DNA from: a virus
Lineage: Duplodnaviria; Caudoviricetes
DNA: 64,000 nt
Strand: one strand, 5' to 3'
Virus record (IMG/VR): IMGVR_UViG_3300009540_000001
Span: 1-64,000 of that record
Shown: positions 35,547-45,800 of the stretch, piece by piece
Layout of the letters: every line of letters starts with the position of its first letter
How positions within the stretch are numbered: position 1 is the stretch's first letter
Translations under genes and position numbers: made by a program
Notes under the pieces: model-generated
Databases searched by the model: none
What the model was told of the DNA's origin: nothing
Seen by the model: only the letters and a program-made list of their open reading frames with translations

Positions 35547-38324
35547 ATGCCGAACGCCGACGAGAACGTCTCCTTCAAGCAGGGCTCGGACACCGGGCAG
35601 AGCGACGCCCCCTCGATCCAGCCGATTCAGGCGGGCGAGAAGGTGTGGATCGACACGGACAACCGCCCGCTCGAGAACCTCCGCCGTCGCACGGAGATCC
35701 TGCGACGCGAGGCGGAGGACCAGCGGTACTTGTCGGACTACGACCGCGCGTTGCTGCTGCGGTCTGATGCGGTGTTCACACTGACGCAACCGGTGTTCGG
35801 ACAGTACGCGCTGACGATGACTGGGGGCACCTTGAACGTCCACCCCGCACTCTCGCCCAGGGATTCCACGGGACCTGGGCGTCCGACGGGCGGACGCATT
35901 TTCGTCACCATTCCGGGGGCGTTTCTCCCCTTTTCCGGGACGCTGCTCGTCAACGACCTGACGCTCACGGCGGATTACACGGTTACGGGCCAACGCGGCT
36001 ACTCGGATACCGACGACTTCGCAGTCGCGGACACCTTCTCGATCGGTGCGAACCGAATCACGGTCGACCTGATTGCTGACCCGACGCTGGTGCAAAACGT
36101 CGTGACCTTCGGGATCACGCAGACGCCAAAGACGAAGATCACGATCCGCCACGGCACGAACGGCGGAGCGACGTCGCTCAACACACTGATTGCCGCAATC
36201 AACGCCGACCTCACGTCTCAGGGCAGCTACGGCGTCGCGAACTACCTGCGCGCGTCAACGACGTCGCCGGGGACGATGGCGCCGACAGACTTTACAAACG
36301 GTGTGCTTCAGGGGTCCTACGACTCCGAGGTGCATACCGTCACGCCGGCCCAAGTCGTTCTGTTCTTCTCAACGCCCGATAACTACCTGCGCGAAGGCGA
36401 AGGCCTCGCCATTGGCTATCCCAAGGGCCTCGTCGAACCGGCGGTGCCCCCGGGCGTGCCGCCGTACGGACGAGGCGGTGGTCGTCGTCAATCCACCACG
36501 CACTACCCGGTAGACCGCATCGGCGGCGCGGTCTCCAACACGACGCCGCTCGTCGGAACGAACCTCTTCAACACGGCGCGCGAGCCGGAGAAGATCCCGT
36601 ACGCCATCCCCCTCGGCATGCTGGTCGGCGGGTGCTTCGTCTTCATCGACGGCACCAAGCTCGCCGTGGGCGGCTCGGTGAGCCTCGGCGGCGCTTCGAC
36701 AGTGCTCGCGTCGCTGGGCAGCACGACGTTCGGGTCGTCGGGCTCGAGCCTCGTCGGGTATGACGGCTCGGGGCTGTGGAACAATGACTCGGGCGCCCCG
36801 ACGTCGATTCCCGCCGGGACGGTGAACGACGCGCTCGACGCGATCGTGGCGGACTTGGCGGCGGAAACGGCGACGGCGAGCGGCGCGCGGCGCGTAGGGA
36901 GCGAGGGCTACGCCAGCACACACAGCGCTGGCAACCTGAAGCTCGACATCCCTGCCGGGTCCGTACGCAAAGCGATCGAGACGCTGTTGAACGCCCCCGC
37001 GTCTGCAACGCAGGCCGGCGGCGTCGCATACCGCGTGAGCGAGCGCGGGCACCAGATGCACGCCTACGGCGCCATCCAGAAAGACTTCGGGGAGGTCTCC
37101 CCGGTCGACATCTCGGCCGGCGGCGCACGCCTCATCGGCGCGCAGCTGGCGGCGCCGCCCTCGCCCGCCTATTCGGCGGGGCTCGACCGCGCAACGGCCA
37201 CCGCGTTCGAGCTGCTCGAGCCGCTGGGCTTCGACTTCGGCGGCAACGACGTCCTGAACATCCCCGAGACCATCGTGGGGGTGGACGCCTTCCCGAACAC
37301 GATGCGGCTGCTGCTCGCGTCGTACACGATCGCGCGCGCCACGGCGCTCGCGGCGGGTCTTCAGACCGCGATGCACAACCTCGACGGCGGAACGATCACC
37401 CGGATGCTGTATGCTCGCATCACGGGCGCCGGGGCGTACGACGGCTTGTACATCTTCGGAGGGTTCGAGACCGGTACCCCGTCCGTGGTGCTCCTGGCTC
37501 TCGATGGGACTCCACCGGACTTCACGGGCATCACGGGCGGCAGCCTTACGATCCTCCAAGGCATCACGCTCGGCTCGGACGAAGTGGGCCACCGGATGAA
37601 GCTGTTTCACTACGGCGACTCGTTGGTCCCGGTGATCGACGTCGCCTTCGCGGCGTCCCCGGCGGGCGGCTCGCTGCTTCTCCGTGTCATCGACGACAAC
37701 ACGTACCCGCTCGCGTCGTGTGAGCTGCGGTCGAACCTCGCCATCTGGACGAAGGGGGGTGTTGAGCGGCACACGGACAACATCCTCGCGGCGGGTGACA
37801 AGGTGTTGCTCGACGGCGTCGAGACCGCGTCGCCGGTCGACGCGACGGCGAATCACCACCACGGCGTCCCGTACACGCAGTGGAACCCGATCCCGCATGT
37901 GGACGTCGTGTGGGGTACCTCGGGTACCGCCATCGCGACCTTCACGGACTTGACGGACGCCAACGGCGAGACCTTTCAAGGCCCAACCGTTGCAGGCCAG
38001 TCCGTCAAAGCCTACCAGCTCGAGCTCACGATTCGGCACGCATTCACCGACGCGGATGCCGCTGGAACGATCTCTTCCTTCGTGCTCGGAGCTTCTCCGG
38101 GTGTAGTCTACGACGCGACGCCTTCGATCCAAACCACGATTGAGAGCGCGCGGAACTACAAGCCGGTGGCGGGGGCGGCTTACTTCGACAAGACGGTGCA
38201 CGTCATCGTCAACTGCGACGCGACGCGCAACATCTCGATGAAGGTGGCGTTCGACTCGCAAGTGAAACTCACCACGTCACTTGTGACTGCTCGCATCGTG
38301 GCCGCGATTACTGCCCACACCTGA
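35547..38324 (+). CDS. tail fibre / receptor-binding protein
   Basis: N-terminal NRPLENLRRRTE anchor; Gly/Thr-rich beta body; last gene of the module. Confidence 0.6.
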   Translation: MPNADENVSFKQGSDTGQSDAPSIQPIQAGEKVWIDTDNRPLENLRRRTEILRREAEDQRYLSDYDRALLLRSDAVFTLTQPVFGQYALTMTGGTLNVHPALSPRDSTGPGRPTGGRIFVTIPGAFLPFSGTLLVNDLTLTADYTVTGQRGYSDTDDFAVADTFSIGANRITVDLIADPTLVQNVVTFGITQTPKTKITIRHGTNGGATSLNTLIAAINADLTSQGSYGVANYLRASTTSPGTMAPTDFTNGVLQGSYDSEVHTVTPAQVVLFFSTPDNYLREGEGLAIGYPKGLVEPAVPPGVPPYGRGGGRRQSTTHYPVDRIGGAVSNTTPLVGTNLFNTAREPEKIPYAIPLGMLVGGCFVFIDGTKLAVGGSVSLGGASTVLASLGSTTFGSSGSSLVGYDGSGLWNNDSGAPTSIPAGTVNDALDAIVADLAAETATASGARRVGSEGYASTHSAGNLKLDIPAGSVRKAIETLLNAPASATQAGGVAYRVSERGHQMHAYGAIQKDFGEVSPVDISAGGARLIGAQLAAPPSPAYSAGLDRATATAFELLEPLGFDFGGNDVLNIPETIVGVDAFPNTMRLLLASYTIARATALAAGLQTAMHNLDGGTITRMLYARITGAGAYDGLYIFGGFETGTPSVVLLALDGTPPDFTGITGGSLTILQGITLGSDEVGHRMKLFHYGDSLVPVIDVAFAASPAGGSLLLRVIDDNTYPLASCELRSNLAIWTKGGVERHTDNILAAGDKVLLDGVETASPVDATANHHHGVPYTQWNPIPHVDVVWGTSGTAIATFTDLTDANGETFQGPTVAGQSVKAYQLELTIRHAFTDADAAGTISSFVLGASPGVVYDATPSIQTTIESARNYKPVAGAAYFDKTVHVIVNCDATRNISMKVAFDSQVKLTTSLVTARIVAAITAHT

Positions 38325-38344
38325 GTCTCGGACCCTTTAACGGC

Positions 38345-38387
38345 GAAAGGCCCGGCCGCTCCTCGGAGCGCCGGGCCTTTCTCTTTA
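38345..38387 (+). terminator. terminator of the tail operon, probably bidirectional
   Basis: gaaaggcccggc...gccgggcctttctcttt. Confidence 0.75.
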
Positions 38388-38413
38388 CGCCGTACGCGCC
38401 GCTGGCGCGCCGC

Positions 38414-41400
38414 TCACGTCACCGGCAGCTCGCACAAGCCGCCCGAGCAGAACTTGTCCTCGGAGTCGTGGACGTCCTCCTCGAGCACCAGGGGCTTGAC
38501 CGCCGCCTTGGCCGCGAGGTACTCGGCCTCCGAGCACGGGATGTACGGCGCTTGCGGGTACTGATGATCCCACAAGGGCAAGAACGACACGGACTTCCAC
38601 TTGCCCGTGTAGACGTTGAGCACCTTCTCGATGTCGTCGGCCTCGTCGGGCTTGAATGTCAGGGTTGCCGAGACCTGGTTGTCTGACCACCGCGCTTGCA
38701 GCGCCGTGAACAGCGCGCATTGCTCCCACAGGGTCACGTCGCGGGCGACGCGCTTGGCCTTCTCTTCCTTGCAGGGGAAGTAGGCGACGACGGTGCGGGG
38801 CGTCGTGAGGTCGGGCTCGACGCGGTAGCCCGCGTCCGCGATGGCGCGCGCCAGGGGCGACGCCGCTTCGATGCGGATCGTGCGCATGTAGAAGCGCGAG
38901 ATGGGCATCTTCATGCCGCCCTCGATGCCGAGCAGCAGGGGGATGGTGTTGTGGCTCTTCACGGCACCCGCGTAGAACCAGTGCGTATTTTCGACCTCGA
39001 CGTCGTAGGTGTCCATCTCGCCGAGGGCCTCGATCTTCTTCACCTTGCCGACGATGAGACTCTTGACATCCTCTTTGTCCCAGTTCCACCCCGTGAAACG
39101 GGGGTCGTTCTCGAGGCGCGTGAGCTTCGTGCTGTGCTGACGCAGTCGCGCGAAAGCGCTCTGGTCTACTTTTGTGCCAAGCGTCAAGTGATACATCTCG
39201 CGCTCGCCTTGAAACGATGCGCCGAGCATCTGGAGGGAACGCCCCAGGCCCAAGCCCACAGTCCAACCTACATGTTGAACGTGGGACGCGAATGCGCGGT
39301 CGGCCGTCGTCCAGATCGCCTTGCCCCCAGAGGCGCTCAGGGACGCGCACCCGTCCGAGTCCAACAGCCCCGCGAGGAACGCGAGAATATCTTCGCGGCT
39401 CGAAGTTCGCACCACCTCGGGGATCACGTCGATCTTGTCCCCGAAGTACTTCCAGACGCCGTTTCGGATCAGCCAGTGCCAGAGCATCTTCGACCCGACT
39501 TCGACCACGTGGTCGGTGCGCTCGGGCGCCGTTCGCTGCCGGCTCTCCGTCTCGACCCCGAACTGCTCGCGCAAGACCCTTGCTACTTTGTCGAGATTCA
39601 CCGTACTAGCGTCGGAGAAGCGCAGGCGGAACTGCGCGGGGGACTGCGCACCGTCGCCCCAGAGGTATCCGAGGAGCCACGCGATATCTGGATTCATCTC
39701 GGAGGGTTGCGCGATCCTCGCCGCGTCGTTCCGCATCTTGATCGCAACGGAGTTTACGCGGTGCAGAGCCGCGTGCGTCTCCTTTTGGTACGTACCCAGT
39801 GCGACTTCGAGGATGTCGCCTTCTTGGAGTTCGTCCGTGCGGCGCCACTCGTTCACCACCGGGTAACGGTCTTTCCGCGCCCGGTCCTCACGGCTCGTGA
39901 CGAACCACTGGTGGTTCGGCGTCGATTCGATTTCGAGGCCGTAGCTCAGCGTTACGCGCAGGACCTGGGCTTTACCGTTCACGTACGTCTTCGCGAGCCG
40001 CGACTTCTGGCCTGCGCCCTGCACCGCGTTCGCACCGGTCTTGATCTCGGCCCACTGCATGTCTTCGGGGTGATCGCGGAGCATTTCTTCGAGGGTCAAG
40101 ATTCCCTGGTCAGTGGTCGTGAGCGCGTACCACGGGCGGCAGCCGCCCGGCTTCACGCTCGTCACCTTGATCGACCGCCCGACTCCCATCCACCCCGAGT
40201 AGTCTTCGTCGAGTTCTTTGATGTACGCGTAGCTCTCGCCCCACCAGCGCGTGCACTGACGCAGGCCCAGGTTCTCGTACATCTCCCAGATGCCCGCCAT
40301 GCTGAGCCCGATGCGCCGGTTGCGGGCGATCACCGCGTTCGTGGTCGGGTTGTGCGTGGGGATGCACGTCACGACCTTGGCGAAGAGATAGGCGTACTTC
40401 AGCGTCAGCTTGTACTCGTCGAGCGACTTGTGCCGAGTCGGGAAGGTCTCGACGAGGTTGCACAACTCAGCATCCCAGAGGGTCTGCTCCGAGCACGGAT
40501 TGGTCCCGATCGCCTTCGCATCCGACGTGTTCTTCGCGTCCGACAGGCGCCCGTAGTTCCGCATGACCTCCGGCCACGCGTACCCCGGCTCGCCGTTCGA
40601 AACCGTCTGCTTGGCGAGCTCGGTGTAGTCCTGGTCGATCCCGCACATCACCGTGTTGTTCGAGGCCCAGCGGTACTTGCGCAGCGGGTGCGCCTGCACG
40701 CGGTTCTCGAGCTGCTGCCACGCGGGCAGCGTCTTCAAGAGCGCCTTCTGTGCCTTCACGTACCCGCGAATGTCTCGCTCGACGGGTAGCACTTCCGGGT
40801 CCAGGGCCGAGCGACCCTGGATCGACGCCCGCGCCTCGGTGATCTGCTTCTCGAGCGTGGCCCACTCCTCGTTGCCGCGCGCGATGGCGCGCTGCTCGGT
40901 GTCCAGCGCGATCAAGGCGCTCGGATCCTTCAGCGCCAAGAAGGCCTCGTCGTCGGGGCTCCCCAGCGCGATCTCTGCTGAGCGCCGCACGTTGCCCGCG
41001 ACGACACAGCGCCCGATCCTGTTCTGGATGTCGACGATCACCGTCGAGGTGATGACCTTGCCCTGAACATCCGCCAAGATGAGCTCTACGCCGTAAAGCA
41101 GCTCCTTGAGCGGGCCCTCACCGCTCGCGGTCCCGCCGAACGTGTGGATGGGCGCGCCCTCGGGGCGGATCTGGGAGAAGTCCCAGGAGGGGATAGACCC
41201 TTTGCCCACGAAGGCGTTGAGCAACCTCTCGAGAGCCCCGCACCACCCCTCCCGCGAGTCGGGGATGACGTGCGCCACGTCTTCGTAGACCGGGGTCTGA
41301 ATCCGAATCTTGCCCGCGCCCTGGGTGTCGAAGCCCATGCCGACGCCCAACATGCTGTAGTCCATGAGCATGACGAAGGGCGCGGCGAACTCGAGGTCGA

Positions 41401-41875
41401 TGTTGGCCGTGCCGACCATGCCGCAGTTGAAGAGGCAGGCCCCGCCCTTCTTCTCGACGGCTTCGGAGCCCATCATCCCCAACCCGCGTCCCGGCGGGAG
41501 AAACTTGCCCTCCCACATCAACCGGAACATCACGCGCATCTTCTCTTGCGCCTCGGCCTCGTCCCAGCGCTGACCGCTCTGGCGAACCTGCTGGCGCAGC
41601 ACCGAGAAGGTGCCTTCGGTCACGCGCCGCAGCGCCTCCCAGAACTCCTCGGTCGACGTCGCCCCGTGCCGGACTCCGAACTGCTCGCGGCACGTGCGCT
41701 GCGCGGCGGTGAGGCGCCGCGCGTACGTGCGCTTGAAGGTGACATATCCCAAGGGTCCCCAGTCGGGCTGCTGTCCCGCGAACTCCCGCAAGAAGTCGTT
41801 GTGGAGTCTCTCTCGGTTGCGCGCTTCGATACGGAACACGAACTCGGCATCCGAGGCGGCATCATACGGCATCAT
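38414..41875 (-). CDS. nrdJ: class II (B12-dependent) ribonucleotide reductase, intein-containing
   Basis: TFKRTYAR, PPGRGL, LFNC, VVAGNVRRSAEI, TNPCSEQ, LCNLVE, RRIGLS, SVKPGG|TIPL, C-terminal CSGGLC. Confidence 0.93.
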   Translation of the reverse strand: MMPYDAASDAEFVFRIEARNRERLHNDFLREFAGQQPDWGPLGYVTFKRTYARRLTAAQRTCREQFGVRHGATSTEEFWEALRRVTEGTFSVLRQQVRQSGQRWDEAEAQEKMRVMFRLMWEGKFLPPGRGLGMMGSEAVEKKGGACLFNCGMVGTANIDLEFAAPFVMLMDYSMLGVGMGFDTQGAGKIRIQTPVYEDVAHVIPDSREGWCGALERLLNAFVGKGSIPSWDFSQIRPEGAPIHTFGGTASGEGPLKELLYGVELILADVQGKVITSTVIVDIQNRIGRCVVAGNVRRSAEIALGSPDDEAFLALKDPSALIALDTEQRAIARGNEEWATLEKQITEARASIQGRSALDPEVLPVERDIRGYVKAQKALLKTLPAWQQLENRVQAHPLRKYRWASNNTVMCGIDQDYTELAKQTVSNGEPGYAWPEVMRNYGRLSDAKNTSDAKAIGTNPCSEQTLWDAELCNLVETFPTRHKSLDEYKLTLKYAYLFAKVVTCIPTHNPTTNAVIARNRRIGLSMAGIWEMYENLGLRQCTRWWGESYAYIKELDEDYSGWMGVGRSIKVTSVKPGGCRPWYALTTTDQGILTLEEMLRDHPEDMQWAEIKTGANAVQGAGQKSRLAKTYVNGKAQVLRVTLSYGLEIESTPNHQWFVTSREDRARKDRYPVVNEWRRTDELQEGDILEVALGTYQKETHAALHRVNSVAIKMRNDAARIAQPSEMNPDIAWLLGYLWGDGAQSPAQFRLRFSDASTVNLDKVARVLREQFGVETESRQRTAPERTDHVVEVGSKMLWHWLIRNGVWKYFGDKIDVIPEVVRTSSREDILAFLAGLLDSDGCASLSASGGKAIWTTADRAFASHVQHVGWTVGLGLGRSLQMLGASFQGEREMYHLTLGTKVDQSAFARLRQHSTKLTRLENDPRFTGWNWDKEDVKSLIVGKVKKIEALGEMDTYDVEVENTHWFYAGAVKSHNTIPLLLGIEGGMKMPISRFYMRTIRIEAASPLARAIADAGYRVEPDLTTPRTVVAYFPCKEEKAKRVARDVTLWEQCALFTALQARWSDNQVSATLTFKPDEADDIEKVLNVYTGKWKSVSFLPLWDHQYPQAPYIPCSEAEYLAAKAAVKPLVLEEDVHDSEDKFCSGGLCELPVT
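38948..40141 (-). mobile_element. intein (398 aa) with LAGLIDADG homing endonuclease
   Basis: Starts CRPWYAL, ends KSHN followed by T; LLGYLWGDG and FLAGLLDSDG. Confidence 0.92.
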
Positions 41876-41885
41876 TCACTCCTGG

Positions 41886-42461
41886 TCAGACGTTCAAGGG
41901 CGACTTCGAACGAGTCTTACGACCCCGCGCAGCGGGTGCAGAGGCGGGGGGCTCAAAGCGTAGGGCGGCGATGACCTCTGCCGCCGCGCGGGTCGGTGGG
42001 CGTATGTCGAGCGTCAGGTGACGAGCGATCTGCGCGAGGACGTAGGCGTCCGCGATGTTGTCGTTATCCGTCGAGAACCCGTAGCGGCTCTTTACGGCGT
42101 TCATGACGTCTTGCTTCGTGGCCCCGGAGCTCGCGATGTACTTCTTGAGCTGGAGGGGGGCGACGATGAGGGGCTCGAGACCGGTGCCGACGTAGAGCCG
42201 GTGCTTGGCGATGCCCGAAGCCTCGCCGAGGTCGAACTCCCGATGCTCGCTGCCGAGCGAGGGCCCTTCCATGGCCGCGCCGCCGTACACCACGTTCGGA
42301 AGGTGGGCGTCGTACCACGCCGCCAGCGTGTGCAGCCGCCGCGCGCCACGGCACCGCGCGACTACCTTTAGAGCCGCAGCTACGACGAGGACGCCGTCCA
42401 CGTCGATGATGACAAGTCCCGGCTCATTCAGGGATTGATCAATCCCCACGAAGTGCAGCAT
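41886..42461 (-). CDS. ruvC: RuvC-like Holliday junction resolvase
   Basis: VGIDQSL, AMEG, LGEASG, P.QLKK, DNIADAYVLA. Confidence 0.85.
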   Translation of the reverse strand: MLHFVGIDQSLNEPGLVIIDVDGVLVVAAALKVVARCRGARRLHTLAAWYDAHLPNVVYGGAAMEGPSLGSEHREFDLGEASGIAKHRLYVGTGLEPLIVAPLQLKKYIASSGATKQDVMNAVKSRYGFSTDNDNIADAYVLAQIARHLTLDIRPPTRAAAEVIAALRFEPPASAPAARGRKTRSKSPLNV

Positions 42462-43374
42462 GACGACTCCCGTAACGGTCCGAATCCAGCAACAAGGCTA
42501 CGTCCGAAGCACGGGCTATCAGGCGACGCAGTGGGCCGTCACGGTCCCTGTGAACGTCCCGCCCTCGGACCCACCCATCGCAACGGACCCTCTGTCGTTC
42601 GCGCCGCTGTACGTGATGCGGAACGCGGGCGGGTATGACGTCTTCGAGCGCATCGCAACCTTGGTGGATCTCGAGGCCATTCCGAACGCGGAGTTGTCGT
42701 ACTTCGAGCCACGCGGCGCCGGCGGCGGGGACTTGCTCTCCCTCGCACTCGCGGGAGATGTGCTGCGCATTGTCACACCCCCTGCCCACTGGATCCAAAC
42801 CCAACCCCCGTACGACTCGAATGACTTCATCATCTCACAAGTTGGGATAAGAGTCCAAGGTTCCAGCGCAAAGTGCTTCATCGGGGGACTGATCCAGCTC
42901 CCTGGGTACACGTTCACCCAAGAGGATGTGGGACGCTGGGTCACGCTGAGCGGTTTTACCTCATCGGGTAACAATGGCAAGTTTCAGATCCTGGCGCAGG
43001 TGGGCTCTTCCGCACGGGTGAGTACGGCCTTCGTCTCGAACGAGACCGGGGGCTCCTACGCGTTTCAGTGGATCGAAGTCGAAGATTCCTTCCCTGGTCT
43101 CGAGCCCCGTTACTTCCCCACGCGCGCGTCGGGCCTCGCCTGGCATCTGCGTCGCAGCGGCGCACACATCACGCTTGGCGAGAACGGCGCGTCGACGCGC
43201 AACACGACGAACGCCCTCGCCCGCAGCGTGCGCTGCACCGTGCTCTCGCCGTCGAACGACGCCGCCGAGAAGCTGTTCCTCGTCAGCCGCCAGCAAGTGG
43301 CGGCGTTGCAGCGCGCGGCGAGCATCAACAACACGGCGTTCACCGTGCTGATCACCTACACCGTGGGGCCCTGA
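42460..43374 (+). CDS. probable virion structural protein
   Basis: Beta-rich; first gene of a plus-strand operon leading to the terminase. Confidence 0.55.
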   Translation: MTTPVTVRIQQQGYVRSTGYQATQWAVTVPVNVPPSDPPIATDPLSFAPLYVMRNAGGYDVFERIATLVDLEAIPNAELSYFEPRGAGGGDLLSLALAGDVLRIVTPPAHWIQTQPPYDSNDFIISQVGIRVQGSSAKCFIGGLIQLPGYTFTQEDVGRWVTLSGFTSSGNNGKFQILAQVGSSARVSTAFVSNETGGSYAFQWIEVEDSFPGLEPRYFPTRASGLAWHLRRSGAHITLGENGASTRNTTNALARSVRCTVLSPSNDAAEKLFLVSRQQVAALQRAASINNTAFTVLITYTVGP

Positions 43375-43377
43375 ACG

Positions 43378-43761
43378 ATGTCAGCTACCACCTGGGCGGT
43401 TCTCACCGTCAACGAGTACCCCACGCCGCCCACCTACCGGGTCGTCCTCACGATCACGGCGTCGGGCGGTATCGACAAGAACCTCTTCGTCGTCGACGTC
43501 GAAACGGAGACGTACCAGAACGTCGCCCTCTCTCGCGACCTCGTCGTCTACCCGACGACGAAGGCCGAGGCGCTGGACCAGGGCCTCGGGTTTTACCGCG
43601 TAAGCCAGACGGAGAAGACCTGGGACCGGCAGTCGACTGCGGCGGCGTTCGTCGCGTTCGTTCGGGAGCGCGTGGCTTCCGTCCTGACGGATTGGGAGAG
43701 CGACACCGCAGTAGCCTTCGGTGGTGAGAGCACGTATCTGGTAACCTCGGCAGACACATGA
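43378..43761 (+). CDS. probable virion protein
   Basis: ORF; shares a KNLFVV motif with the next gene. Confidence 0.6.
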   Translation: MSATTWAVLTVNEYPTPPTYRVVLTITASGGIDKNLFVVDVETETYQNVALSRDLVVYPTTKAEALDQGLGFYRVSQTEKTWDRQSTAAAFVAFVRERVASVLTDWESDTAVAFGGESTYLVTSADT

Positions 43762-44744
43762 GCACCATCCCCGTCGTCGAGCAGACCCGCCGCGCGCTTC
43801 CCCTCGTCGCAGGCACGATCAAGTTCGAGGTCACGTCCATCGTGACGGACTCGGGCGATCTGCCGTTCAAGAACCTGTTCGTCGTCACGATCACGGACCC
43901 GGGCGACGTGAAGGACGACGTGCTCGCGCGCGTCGCTACGCCGTACGACATTCGGCAAGCCGACCCGACGGCGCCGAAGTACGTGAAGGTCGTCTCGACG
44001 GACCTGATTCGAATCGCCGGGGACGAGTTCGCGCGCATCGCCAGCATTGACGAGCTGACGGGGCTGCCGCGCGACCGCACGACGGCGATCCGGCAGAACA
44101 AGACCGAGTACCTGACGAGCGTGATCACGCTCCAGTACGACACGCTGACGACGGCGGACGCGGCGTACAAGCAGGTGATCTCGAGGCTCTCCTCGCTCGT
44201 CACCGAGTGGCGGCAGTTCTACGGGGCGTTTGTGACGTCGCCGACTGCGACGATCACGCTGCCGCAGGCCGGCGCGAGCGTCGAAGCGGAGCGTACCGCC
44301 GTGTACGTCACCGCCCGCGACGCGCGCATCGCCGCAGACGCCGCTCGGGACGCAGCCCAGGTCGCGAAGGACGACTGCATCCGCGACTGCGCGCTCGACC
44401 GGGCCATCTTCGACTTCTTGATCGAAGACGTTACGACGCTCGAGACCGCGAGGGACGTCGTCATCGCGCTCACGGAGACTGGGTCGACGAACGTCAAGGA
44501 CTTCGTGTTGGGCCTCGGGGCCTTTACCGCCGATCAGCGCACCTACAAGATTCTCCTCGAGAAGCGACTCGCCTTGGGCGCTGCCTACAATGCGCGGGTC
44601 GTCGCGTGCGATGCCCGCTGTACGGCCCTCGGCTTGGCGCTCGCGACCGCGACTGCCACCGCCGCTGCCGCTGCCGATACGGAGCGCGCGGCGCTGGCGA
44701 GCGTGTACGAGGTGTGCCCGACGTTTGATCCGGAGAGTGTGTAG
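43758..44744 (+). CDS. probable virion protein with coiled-coil C-terminus
   Basis: ATGA coupling. Confidence 0.6.
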   Translation: MSTIPVVEQTRRALPLVAGTIKFEVTSIVTDSGDLPFKNLFVVTITDPGDVKDDVLARVATPYDIRQADPTAPKYVKVVSTDLIRIAGDEFARIASIDELTGLPRDRTTAIRQNKTEYLTSVITLQYDTLTTADAAYKQVISRLSSLVTEWRQFYGAFVTSPTATITLPQAGASVEAERTAVYVTARDARIAADAARDAAQVAKDDCIRDCALDRAIFDFLIEDVTTLETARDVVIALTETGSTNVKDFVLGLGAFTADQRTYKILLEKRLALGAAYNARVVACDARCTALGLALATATATAAAAADTERAALASVYEVCPTFDPESV

Positions 44745-44774
44745 CGCCTCGAGACGTCGTATGCTTCTCGTACG

Positions 44775-45791
44775 ATGTCGCATGACCTCTACCACGACCC
44801 GGGCCACGTTCTGATCCGCTCGCTGCTCGAGCTCTGCCCGGGGGCCAAGGGCCTCGTCAAGGGCGCCGAGTTCGAGGACACCGCAGACGCGATCCCCGAG
44901 CACGCCTTCGCCTGGGCCGGGCCGAAGCTTTACCCCGTACACTCGCCGGCGCACGCCGTCGTCTCGTACCTGTACGCGAAGCACGCCTCGGCGATGACGA
45001 AGACCGCTTCGCTCATGCCGCGCGCGGTGCTCGACGAGATCGAGGAGGCCCTCGACGTGTACGGCGTGGACCGGGCGCAGCTCGCGCCTGTCATCGCCAA
45101 GGTCGCCGCGCTCGAGCCGGAGGAGTGCCTCTTCCCCGAGCGGCAGGAGTACCCGGTGCGCAACGCCGAGGAGGTTAAGCTCGCCGAGCAGGCCCTCCTC
45201 GCGCAGATGGACCGGATGGTGCCGCAAACGCGCTTCCGCGTGTTCAACAAGCTCGCGGCCCTCGCGGAGCAGCACGGCGTCACCCTCGACGACTGCTCGA
45301 CCCAGTGGGCCGGCGAGACGGAGACGGACCGCAAGCGGCTGGGAGAAGCGCTGGCGGAGCGCGCGAAGCTCTCCAAGACGGCGGCGGCCCGCTCGGCGTA
45401 CGAGACGCTGGCGACCGTGGCGTTCACCGACCGCTACGGCTTCCAGGTGCCCGAGAAGCGCGCGGCGCTGGCCCTGAAACTCGCGGAGCTCGACAAGGCC
45501 GCGAACATCACCCGGCTCGTGCCCGACGCATTTCGCACCGTGTACAACACCACGGTGAAGACCGGTTCCGCCACGCTCGACCTGTGCGGCTCGCGCGTCG
45601 ACCCCGACCACCTCGGGCGGCTCCCGGCGTCGTTCTACTCGGACGCCCTCGGCAAGGACTGCCTCGCCGAAGTGGCGCCGGGCGGCGTCGTGGACGGCGC
45701 GAAGGTCGCGGAGGTCGTGGCGACGCTCCCGGCGGACATGAAGGCGGACTTCGCGCGGCAGTTGAAGGCGGCGGGCGTCCAAGTCGTCTAA
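44775..45791 (+). CDS. hypothetical protein rich in KxA motifs, possibly head-associated
   Basis: KTAS, KVAA, KLAE, KLAA, KTAA. Confidence 0.6.
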   Translation: MSHDLYHDPGHVLIRSLLELCPGAKGLVKGAEFEDTADAIPEHAFAWAGPKLYPVHSPAHAVVSYLYAKHASAMTKTASLMPRAVLDEIEEALDVYGVDRAQLAPVIAKVAALEPEECLFPERQEYPVRNAEEVKLAEQALLAQMDRMVPQTRFRVFNKLAALAEQHGVTLDDCSTQWAGETETDRKRLGEALAERAKLSKTAAARSAYETLATVAFTDRYGFQVPEKRAALALKLAELDKAANITRLVPDAFRTVYNTTVKTGSATLDLCGSRVDPDHLGRLPASFYSDALGKDCLAEVAPGGVVDGAKVAEVVATLPADMKADFARQLKAAGVQVV

Positions 45792-45800
45792 GCTCGGCGG

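Noticed and set aside
16586-38324. Bacterial contractile injection system or tailocin rather than a phage
   Set aside because: Terminase, DNA polymerase, primase-helicase and RNR are interleaved in the same window, which indicates a phage genome.
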